Positions 47,346 through 55,639 of a stretch of DNA of 64,000 bases are shown piece after piece. This DNA is from Candidatus Latescibacterota bacterium. GTDB lineage: Bacteria; Latescibacterota; UBA2968; UBA8231. The translations under genes and the position numbers were made by a program. The DNA lies in assembly GCA_965243025.1 (NCBI GenBank), contig CBDETY010000003.1, forward strand, positions 6,592,001-6,656,000, given 5' to 3'. The notes under the pieces are model-generated. The model was not told the origin of the DNA. It saw only the letters and a program-made list of their open reading frames with translations, and did not search any database. Numbering within the stretch: position 1 is the stretch's first letter; each line of letters opens with the position of its first letter.

Positions 47346-49106
47346 ATGATCAGCATTCGCAGCAAAGACGGATGTACCGCGACCCTGGCAGGCGGCCGCG
47401 GCCCGGGGTCCTCCCGGCCGCGTCCTGCCTGGTTGGTCCTTGTCCTGGCGGCCTGCTCGGCGCCGCCGGACGAAAAGGCGCCGGTGCCTGTTCCGTCGGG
47501 AGATGAGGCGCCGGCAGCTGTCGAGACTGCTCCCGACCGGGATGCGGTAGTTGCCAGGGTCGGGGATATGGAGATCACCGCGGCCGACCTGCGGGAATTC
47601 AGCGGCAGAATGCCCGAGCAGCTGCGAGGGGAAACGGCCGGAATCGAAAGGGCGAAAAACCACCTGCGGACGATGACGGACAGGGAGATTCTGCGGCTCG
47701 AGGCGCAGGCGCGAGGTCTCGATCAGAGCCGCGGTTTCCTCAAGAAGCTGAGCAAGGCCAGAAGGGAAAGGATCGTCGGCCTTTTTCAGGCGCGTGAAAT
47801 CGAAATCGAGACGAACCCGGAGGAGTTCGAGGAGTTCGTCGCCAGGGAGGAGCACGACCGGGCGATCCGGTTCAGCGAGATCATTGTCGAATCGAAGGCG
47901 GCGGCGGAGCGCGCCCGCGCCGAAATCGACGGCGGCAGGAGTTTCGAAGAGGTCGCCCGGGAAATGTCGCTGAGCAGGGCCACCGCGGAGCACGGGGGAG
48001 ACAGGGGGCGTGCTTCCGTCAAGGTGGAGATCGATCCGGTCTTCCGCGACGCCCTGTTTTCTCTCGAGGTGGGCGAAGTCTCCCGGCCGATCAGATTCCC
48101 CGGGAGACTTTGGGCGGTCGTCGAGGTTACGGACGAGACCAGTGTGAAGCTGGGGCCGATGGCGTTGCAGGAAGTGGTGAAGGAATTCCAGAGTCTCAAG
48201 TTCCGGGAGGCGCGCGACAAGCTGGCGGAGGAGCTGGCGCGGGAGTACCGGCTCGAGCTGAATCGCGGCGGGGTCGACCGCTTCCTTTCCCGGGCGCGCA
48301 TCGACAAGCCCTTCTCCCCGGAGGAGGAGGACTCGATCGTCCTCTACACCTTCACCGGCGGAAGCATCACTGCGGGGGATCTGATCGAAGCCCTGAAGGT
48401 CCGGCGCCAACGGCCGGATTCCATGGAGAAGGCTGACGACGTCATCGACGCGGCCACCCGCTTTCTGGTGCCGGACGCGGTGTTCATGGAGGCCGCGGTG
48501 CGCTCCGGGATACACGAGGAACCCGCGGTAGTCGCCTGGCTCGAAAGGCAGCGCCGGTGGCTGCTGATCGTCGAACTGCGCGCCTCCGTTCTCGAGGGAA
48601 GGCTGGAGGTCTCCAGGGACGAAGCGCGCCGGTATTTCGAGGACCACGCCGCCGTGTTCGCCGATCCCGAGCTGATCGTCATGGACGAGATCCTCGTCGC
48701 CACCGAAGAGGAGGCGCTCGGCCTGAGAAAGCAGATCGAAAAAGGGGCGGCGTTCGCCGAGCTGGCGGCGCGCTCGGAGCGGGCTCTCGATCACCGGGAC
48801 GAAAACGGCAGGGTCGAGCTGTATGCATTCGAGAAAGCGGCCTGGGGCGGCCTCGAAGCGGCGGCCAGGACCGCTCCCATCGGTGAGTTGATGGGTCCGC
48901 TGGAGGTGGCTGAGGGGTACTCCGTCTTCCGGGTTCTGTCCAGGGACCGCCGGCAGGTCACCTTCGAGGAGGTCGAGCGCCGCGTCGTCGCCACCGTCAG
49001 GTGGCTGCGGAAGCAGCGGCTGTTCGAAAGCGAAGTGGAAAGAATTCGGGAGAAGTACGCCTCCGAGGTGGAGATCCGCGAGGATGCCCTGGCGTCGGCC
49101 CTGTAG
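47346..49106 (+). CDS. Parvulin-type peptidyl-prolyl isomerase lipoprotein (PrsA/SurA-like, two rotamase domains)
   Basis: Lipobox LAAC; VVARVG...IT, F.EVARE.S......GGD.G, F..ALF.L.VGEVS.PI; second repeat G..FAELA. Confidence 0.88.
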   Translation: MISIRSKDGCTATLAGGRGPGSSRPRPAWLVLVLAACSAPPDEKAPVPVPSGDEAPAAVETAPDRDAVVARVGDMEITAADLREFSGRMPEQLRGETAGIERAKNHLRTMTDREILRLEAQARGLDQSRGFLKKLSKARRERIVGLFQAREIEIETNPEEFEEFVAREEHDRAIRFSEIIVESKAAAERARAEIDGGRSFEEVAREMSLSRATAEHGGDRGRASVKVEIDPVFRDALFSLEVGEVSRPIRFPGRLWAVVEVTDETSVKLGPMALQEVVKEFQSLKFREARDKLAEELAREYRLELNRGGVDRFLSRARIDKPFSPEEEDSIVLYTFTGGSITAGDLIEALKVRRQRPDSMEKADDVIDAATRFLVPDAVFMEAAVRSGIHEEPAVVAWLERQRRWLLIVELRASVLEGRLEVSRDEARRYFEDHAAVFADPELIVMDEILVATEEEALGLRKQIEKGAAFAELAARSERALDHRDENGRVELYAFEKAAWGGLEAAARTAPIGELMGPLEVAEGYSVFRVLSRDRRQVTFEEVERRVVATVRWLRKQRLFESEVERIREKYASEVEIREDALASAL

Positions 49107-49130
49107 CGGGGTGCCGCCCGGACACCTCGC

Positions 49131-51314
49131 ATGCAAGCGCGCAACCGGCAGAGGGTGAGCACGCGGGCATCCGGATCTTCCCGGCTCGCCGCCAGATACT
49201 GGTTCTGGCTGCTCGGGGGGACGGTGCTCCTCTCGCTGTGGCTGCGCTGGCCGCTCCCGGCCCCGGAATGGTCCCACTTCGACGAGGAATCCCTGGTCCT
49301 GATACCGCTGGGGTTCTGGAGCGGCGATCTCAACCCCCACTTCTTCAACTATCCCACGCTCCAGTTCTACCTGGCATCCCTCCTTTATTTCGTAAGGTTC
49401 GCCCTGGCCGACAGCGGCCCCCTGGAACAGTTCGTCGCCTACCGGTACTTCGTCGACGGCAGCGATCTGTTGTCCCTTGCCCGGGGCTTCGGCACCGTGA
49501 TGGCGGCGGCGACAGTGGCGGTCACGGGCTTTCTCGGGCGTCTCCTCTACGGCGCTGCCGGGGGGCTCCTGGCCGCCCTGTTCCTGGCGCTGATGCCCCT
49601 GTCGGTGCGCTTCGCCCATCTCGCCAACACCGACACCCCGGCGGTGCTGTGGGTCAGTCTCGCCCTGGTGTTCGCGGTGCGCATGCGCCAACGAGGGACC
49701 AGCGTCGACGCGCTCGCCGCCGGGCTCTTCGTCGGGCTGGCAGGGGCGACCAAGTACCCCGCGGCCCTGGCGGCGGTGCCGGTTGCGGCCGCGGCCTTGC
49801 TCAGGACCCCTTCCCTGAGGCAACCCGGCATCTGGTGCGCCGGCGCCGCGGCAGTTCTGGCCTTCTGTGCGGCGTCGCCGTACGTATGGCTCGACGCGGC
49901 GGCTTTCTGGAGCGATTTCTCCGAGATGGGACGCGATCATCTGATCCCGGATGCAGCAGCGGAACGGCCCCTTTTCTTTCACCTGCGCTACACCCTGCGT
50001 TTCGGACTCGGCCTGGGGGGTGCGGCACTCCTGTTTCTGGCACTGGCGCGCAAGCCGGGGGGCCTGAGCCGGGACGAAGTCGTGCTGCTTTCGGGGCTGG
50101 GTGCCTTCGCGATTCTGCTGGCGGCAGCCGGGTCGGTTTTCATGCGCTACGCGCTGCCCCTCACCCCGGTCGTGTCGGTGCTGATGGTGCGCCCCCTGCT
50201 TGGGTTGCGCCGCAGCCCGGCGCTTCTGGCCGGGGCCCTGGCCGTACTGCTGGCGGAGCCGGCCTGGACCTCGCTGCGCACCCGGGCCCTGCTGTCCGGC
50301 AGCGATACCCGCGAGCAGGCCGTCTCCTGGATGGGAAACCACTTCCCCGACCGCAGGCGGCTGGTGCACCTCCCCGACAAATGCGGGAACATCCAGGTGC
50401 TGACGCCGCACCGGGTCCTCGTCAGGCAGACGCATTTCCTTCGCAGTTTTGGCGAGGACAGGTTGATTGCGGCGTACGACTGGCTGCGCCAGCGCCATCG
50501 TCTGCCGCGGCTATATCTCGAACCGGGTCCGGCTTCTGTTCTCGACAGGGCGAGGCAGGAACCCGCGGCGGGTCCGGGGGTGATCCTGTTGGACTATCTA
50601 CACCCCCTCTGCGCCGATGCCGAGGTGTCGCCAAAGGCCGCAGAACTCGTCCCTTCAGCTTCCTGGCGGCAGACATTTTCTCCGGGAAAAAGGGTGGCTG
50701 CGGCCGATTTCGATCCCATGGACTGGTTTTTCCTTCCGCTTTCGGGGTTCGCCGGACTGGAGCAAACCGGGCCCACGATCCGGCTGGGAACACTGGGGTC
50801 CGACACGGAGGTGCCCGAACCCGGAGCCGCTACCCTGTTCGATGTGCTCCTCAACGCGCGGATCGGGCATCTGGCGATGCGGGACTCCGACTGGGACCAG
50901 GCAGTGCAGGCATTCGAGCGGGCCCTGAGGGTACCGCAATTGTCCGATTTGCTTCCCGATGCCTATGCCTGCCGCCTGTTGGGAAACGCGGGAGTCGCCC
51001 ATGGACAACTGGGCGCCCACGATCGCGCCCGTCCCTTGTTGAGGGCGGCGGTGGACCTGGTTCCCGACGATCCGGAATACTACAACGACCTGGCGGTCGC
51101 CTGCGCCGGCAGCGGCCGGATCGGGGAAGCGATCGAGGTTTGGGAGCGGCTTCTCGTCCTCGCCCCCGACCACCCCACCGCCTGCTTCAACCTCGCAAAA
51201 GCGCTCTACAACACCGGTCAGTACCACCGCGCATACGAGGTTGCCCTGAAGGGTCTCGGGCCGGATCACCCCTTTGCCGCCTCGGTGCGGCGTTTCCTCG
51301 GAAGGGATGAATGA
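49131..51314 (+). CDS. GT-C fold (GT39/PMT-like) membrane glycosyltransferase with C-terminal TPR repeats
   Basis: LR.......HFDE, NPHFF.YP, H....D, ATKY and RYALP motifs; C-terminal TPRs. Confidence 0.82.
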   Translation: MQARNRQRVSTRASGSSRLAARYWFWLLGGTVLLSLWLRWPLPAPEWSHFDEESLVLIPLGFWSGDLNPHFFNYPTLQFYLASLLYFVRFALADSGPLEQFVAYRYFVDGSDLLSLARGFGTVMAAATVAVTGFLGRLLYGAAGGLLAALFLALMPLSVRFAHLANTDTPAVLWVSLALVFAVRMRQRGTSVDALAAGLFVGLAGATKYPAALAAVPVAAAALLRTPSLRQPGIWCAGAAAVLAFCAASPYVWLDAAAFWSDFSEMGRDHLIPDAAAERPLFFHLRYTLRFGLGLGGAALLFLALARKPGGLSRDEVVLLSGLGAFAILLAAAGSVFMRYALPLTPVVSVLMVRPLLGLRRSPALLAGALAVLLAEPAWTSLRTRALLSGSDTREQAVSWMGNHFPDRRRLVHLPDKCGNIQVLTPHRVLVRQTHFLRSFGEDRLIAAYDWLRQRHRLPRLYLEPGPASVLDRARQEPAAGPGVILLDYLHPLCADAEVSPKAAELVPSASWRQTFSPGKRVAAADFDPMDWFFLPLSGFAGLEQTGPTIRLGTLGSDTEVPEPGAATLFDVLLNARIGHLAMRDSDWDQAVQAFERALRVPQLSDLLPDAYACRLLGNAGVAHGQLGAHDRARPLLRAAVDLVPDDPEYYNDLAVACAGSGRIGEAIEVWERLLVLAPDHPTACFNLAKALYNTGQYHRAYEVALKGLGPDHPFAASVRRFLGRDE

Positions 51315-51613
51315 AGGGGCCGTCGCCGGGAACCGGGAGTTGTTGTTTGGAGCAAATGTTCACCGATGTCCAATTGTTCCCCTTCGGCTGTTTTACTCTT
51401 GCCTTGCGGCACCGGCTGTGATTACATTGAATGAATCCGCTGTCCGAAAACAGTCCGTGGGACCACTGAATTTCAATGGGCTGAGGCAGCTTACTGACAT
51501 TCCCCCACAAGCGATCCAGTGACGGTTGCCTGTCAACCGGCTTCCATGCAACGACACAGAGTGTGGCGATTGCATTTCTTCAACCCCTTCAGTTCGTGAG
51601 GAGAGTCAAAGCA

Positions 51614-52564
51614 ATGAAAACCATGAAGGGCCTTCTTTCGCTCAGTCTCATCCTGGGCCTCAGCGCCGCCTCGGCGCACGAGCCTCCGGGTGTGACGTAC
51701 TTCGCGGTCGCGTTCCCGACCCACGCCATCCCGGCCATCGATGGCGATCTCAGCGATTGGGACATGGTTCCGGAGTCGTACTGGGTGACTCGCGAGAATG
51801 ACTTCGAAGAGACGGTGATCGGAAACGATACCGAAGTCAGGCTCGACGATTTCAACGTCAAGCACATCCTCGGCTGGAACGAGGAGACCAACCGTCTCTA
51901 CGTGACCGCCGACGTGTTCGACGACTACTTCAAGAGGGACAAGGAAGATCCCTCGGGCGTCGACTGGGATGACGGTTTCGACTTCATCGTCGATGCCGAC
52001 CACAGCGGCGGCGACCTGTGGAACGGTGACTGGCACGCAGAGGAACACGACGACCAGATCGACCTGATCTTCGTCTCGGGCCAGAACTACCGCTACTACA
52101 CCCCGCCCCTCGACGGCTACTACATCTTCATGCTCGGCCGCGGTTTTGTCGGAAACGACAACTTCCTGACCACCGGTCGCGAGATCCTGACTCCCCAGTA
52201 CCTCGAGGTGGGTTGGACGGTCAATGCCGAGCTCTACGAATCCGGCAGCCGCACCTACGAGATGATGGTCACCCCGTGGGAGAACCTGTACCGCGGTGAA
52301 GACGGCGAAGCCCGCAGCACGATCGTCGATCTGGAAGTGGGGCGTATCCTCGGCATCGCCTACATGTTCAAGGACTTCGACGTACCCGTCGAAGGCGAGC
52401 GCTACTCGGCTTCGTACGATTTCCCGCCGTTGCACGACACCTGGCGCAACAGCAGCCTGCTCGCCGACTTCGAGTTGCTCGAAATCGAAAGTGACCTGTG
52501 GCCCACCGCTGTCGAGACCGACACCTGGGGTCGTATCAAGTCCGATTTCCTCATCGAGGAGTAA
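51614..52564 (+). CDS. Exported CBM9/DOMON-like protein with C-terminal AVE..TWGRIK motif (paralog 4)
   Basis: Signal peptide ASA|H; IDGDLSDW, GWN..TNRLY, DADHSGG, YEM.VTPW and LADF.L; ends TAVETDTWGRIKSDF. Confidence 0.8.
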   Translation: MKTMKGLLSLSLILGLSAASAHEPPGVTYFAVAFPTHAIPAIDGDLSDWDMVPESYWVTRENDFEETVIGNDTEVRLDDFNVKHILGWNEETNRLYVTADVFDDYFKRDKEDPSGVDWDDGFDFIVDADHSGGDLWNGDWHAEEHDDQIDLIFVSGQNYRYYTPPLDGYYIFMLGRGFVGNDNFLTTGREILTPQYLEVGWTVNAELYESGSRTYEMMVTPWENLYRGEDGEARSTIVDLEVGRILGIAYMFKDFDVPVEGERYSASYDFPPLHDTWRNSSLLADFELLEIESDLWPTAVETDTWGRIKSDFLIEE

Positions 52565-52610
52565 TCTCGAGGGGGTAATGAGGTAACGAGTAGAGGACGC
52601 AGTAACTTGC

Positions 52611-52650
52611 AGGGGGGGCTCTGACGATTGGGGCCCCCCCTGTTCTCTTT
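52611..52650 (+). terminator. Intrinsic terminator / mRNA-stabilising hairpin after the 51614 gene
   Basis: AGGGGGGGCTC-loop-GGGCCCCCCCT followed by GTTCTCTTT. Confidence 0.7.
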
Positions 52651-55473
52651 ATGCAGGCATTGCCGTTCAACATGGAAATGTGTCATTCGCGCCTGAATCG
52701 GATCAGACCGGACGGGGGTGCGAGAAACGCAGGACTGACGATCGCCTCCAGGGCGCAGTTCGTACGTCCTTTTTCTTTCGCCGCTGCCCTGGCTGTCATT
52801 GCATCGTTTGCGGGCGAGCTTTCCGCCCAGCTCGGATACAGCATCCGGGGAAACGAAATCGTCGTTGACCGCAGCTCCCACTGGGAGCAGTGGGCCGTCG
52901 CCGGAGGCACTGCGGAAATAACCGGGGATGGCTCGGTCGGACCTCGTTTCATGCGGAAGGAAATCAACGCTGCCCTGAATGCCACGGAGTTCGAGAACGA
53001 GGCCCAGGGAGCGGCCTTCGACGATGGACCGGGAGGGGTCAGCGCGGGATCCAACGGCAGCGAGGCCCGGTTCCTGATCGACGGCGACCCGGCGACGACC
53101 TGGGGGCCCGATACGGACAGGCCCTTGTCCGAATGGTGGGCGGAGGTGAACCTCGGGCGCATAGTAGTCGCCAACAGAGTGGTGGTGCGCTTCGCGGAGG
53201 AAGGGGAAGGGGATCCGTTCCTGCAGTTCAAGGTCCTGGCCTGGCGCCACGCTCCTCCCAGGGGGGCCCCCGAGCTCTGGCTTAACGGTGCTCCGGACAT
53301 ACCCAAGTACTGGGAGCTGGGAAGGACAGACAAGCCGAACAAAAGCCGGAAGGTGTTCGAGTTTGTTCCGGACCCCGAGGCCAACAACACTTTCCGGCCC
53401 CCGGAGTCCCTGATTCGGGCCAGCAGCAACTTCGCCGGGGATGCCATAGACAGGATCCAGGTCATCGCCACCGACAGCGATTTCGACAGGGCTTCCGAGG
53501 TGTTGCCCGAAGGAGGGATGACCGCAGAGGAAAGGTATCTCGCCCTCCCGGACCACGAGCGGGGTGCAGTCGATCACTACCGGCGCGAACCATCAGGTCG
53601 CGAGACCTTGATCTCCCCCGGCGAGTACGAAAACATCCGGGCGGAACGCCGGGGCTCGATCAGGTATTTCAGGAGAGAGCGCCCGCGAGTCGCCGAGATC
53701 GAGGTCTGGACCTCGGGCGACAACCTGGCGCTTGGAATGGCGGAACGGGGCGGCAGCGTCAACATCGAGTTTCCGAGTCCCGGCCTGGGCTGGAAGGACA
53801 TCACCGCGGTCGCGGTAGACGGCAGGCATTCGACGGCGCACACCGTAACCTTGTTCAGGCACTTCGGTCCGGCCGACTTCGTCGTCGACCTGGGTGCTCT
53901 CTACTGGATCGACACCATGCAGTTCCTGATGGACGGCAAGGACGCGATCGACGAGATGGCCGTGGATGTGTCGGACGGCAGCCGCGCTCCTGACGGCAGC
54001 ATCAAATGGAACCGGGCGGCGGGTGAAGTGACCGGATTGGGGGTGGGAGGAGTGGGATCCCATTTCGGGTACTCCTGCGATCACTGCGCCGGTGAGGGAG
54101 CGCAGAAATTCCGCCAGTACGATATCGAGCCTACCCGGGTGCGCTATCTCAGGGGCACGATCGGCACCCTCAAATCAAACCCGGGAGGAGGCGGGGTTCT
54201 GGGAACGTTCACCGCTTTCGCCGAAATGCTGTTGTACGGGGAAGGTTTCGTTCCGGAACTGGTGATGGATTCCGATCTCATCGAGCTGGGCGGGAGCAAG
54301 AACCTCAGCACGATTTCCTGGGAAGCGGACCTTCCCGGGGGGACCCGCATCGAGATCCAGACCCGTTCCGGGAACGAGTTGATCGAGAATTTCCTCTATT
54401 TCGATTCCAACGGGAATCCCGTGGAACCGGTCGACGATCCCGCGGCGGCAAAGTCGAAATACGACCGCCTTCCGAAGTCGAAGAAAGGGGAGGTAAAAAG
54501 CTTTTTTACACCCGGAGGAGACTGGTCTGCCTGGAGTCCGCCGTACCAGTTCAAGGGGGCCGACATCACCTCCCCGAGCCCCAGGGAGTTCATGCAGATC
54601 CGCGCTACCCTGTTCTCCGCAAGTGCCGACGCGGGTGCCTCCCTGCATTCGATCGCGGTGGATTTTTCCGATCCGGTCGCCGATCGCATGGTCGGCGAAG
54701 TGTTTCCCAGCCAGGTCGTGGATCTGGGAAAACCACTGGATCTGTCCTTCTTCATACGACCCTCGTTTTCCAGCTCCAGACAGCGGTTCGACGAGCTGAG
54801 GATAGAGGCGACCGGGGGGGCCACGATGGAGTTGGTCGAGGCGCTCGTCGGCAGCGACGAAGATTTCGCCGGCGACGCGGCAAAAATTTATCCGGCAGCC
54901 GAGTTGGAGGTGATCGATTCGGCGGACAGCACGTTGTGGTTCCGGTTGCCGGAACCTGTGGAAAGGGGAACCGACCTCGTCGAGGTGCGCTTCAGGCCGA
55001 CGATTTTCTCGACGAGTACTTCGTTCAAGGTGGCCGGACAGAATTCTGAGGAGCCCGGTTTCTGGCAGCGCGTCGACGCCGGCGACGCCACCGAACTGGT
55101 CAACAGCCAGACTACAGCGGTCCTCGCTCTTTCCGGAAACGAGGTTATCAGCAATCTCTCGACAGGTTCGGGGGTTATCACTCCCAACGGCGACGGCATC
55201 AACGACATTATGACCTTCCACTTCACGGTCTCGCGCATCAACAGCGAGCGCGAGGTTACGTTGACGATTTTCGACCTCGGAGGCAGTGTCGTCCGTCAGA
55301 AAATGGAAAAGAGGGTGGATCCGCGTGGTTCCTACGCGGTCTCCTGGCTCGGCGACGACGATTCGCAGTCCCTGGTGCCACCGGGGATCTACATCGCCAG
55401 AATCCGGATCGATGTCGATTCCGCGTCGGCAACCTCGACATCCGCCCATCGGCTGATCCACGTGGCATACTGA
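52651..55473 (+). CDS. Large exported protein with discoidin-like domains and C-terminal FlgD-Ig/CHU_C-like domain
   Basis: Signal-like segment ending LSA|Q; LIDGD..T.W, YGEGF, W..WSPPY, VITPNGDGIND and VPPGIY; ends VAY. Start position uncertain. Confidence 0.8.
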   Translation: MQALPFNMEMCHSRLNRIRPDGGARNAGLTIASRAQFVRPFSFAAALAVIASFAGELSAQLGYSIRGNEIVVDRSSHWEQWAVAGGTAEITGDGSVGPRFMRKEINAALNATEFENEAQGAAFDDGPGGVSAGSNGSEARFLIDGDPATTWGPDTDRPLSEWWAEVNLGRIVVANRVVVRFAEEGEGDPFLQFKVLAWRHAPPRGAPELWLNGAPDIPKYWELGRTDKPNKSRKVFEFVPDPEANNTFRPPESLIRASSNFAGDAIDRIQVIATDSDFDRASEVLPEGGMTAEERYLALPDHERGAVDHYRREPSGRETLISPGEYENIRAERRGSIRYFRRERPRVAEIEVWTSGDNLALGMAERGGSVNIEFPSPGLGWKDITAVAVDGRHSTAHTVTLFRHFGPADFVVDLGALYWIDTMQFLMDGKDAIDEMAVDVSDGSRAPDGSIKWNRAAGEVTGLGVGGVGSHFGYSCDHCAGEGAQKFRQYDIEPTRVRYLRGTIGTLKSNPGGGGVLGTFTAFAEMLLYGEGFVPELVMDSDLIELGGSKNLSTISWEADLPGGTRIEIQTRSGNELIENFLYFDSNGNPVEPVDDPAAAKSKYDRLPKSKKGEVKSFFTPGGDWSAWSPPYQFKGADITSPSPREFMQIRATLFSASADAGASLHSIAVDFSDPVADRMVGEVFPSQVVDLGKPLDLSFFIRPSFSSSRQRFDELRIEATGGATMELVEALVGSDEDFAGDAAKIYPAAELEVIDSADSTLWFRLPEPVERGTDLVEVRFRPTIFSTSTSFKVAGQNSEEPGFWQRVDAGDATELVNSQTTAVLALSGNEVISNLSTGSGVITPNGDGINDIMTFHFTVSRINSEREVTLTIFDLGGSVVRQKMEKRVDPRGSYAVSWLGDDDSQSLVPPGIYIARIRIDVDSASATSTSAHRLIHVAY

Positions 55474-55639
55474 ATGGGACCGTCTCTTTTGTCCCTGCCG
55501 GCCTGGGAGTGGAACCGGGAGTTCCAATCTGCGGCTCCCGTCGCCGCCACCCATATGCGGCGGTATGCCATGACAACCGCATTTCGATTCCCAGAATCGA
55601 TATTCCCCCGTCAGTCGGGGGAAGGATTCCGACTGTCTC

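Noticed and set aside
47274-50498. 1074-aa minus-strand ORF
   Set aside because: It is an antisense shadow of the PPIase and GT-C genes.
51315-51613. Possible sigma54 promoter or ncRNA upstream of the exported-protein cluster
   Set aside because: The TGGC...TTGC spacing does not fit -24/-12, and no structured RNA motif was recognised.
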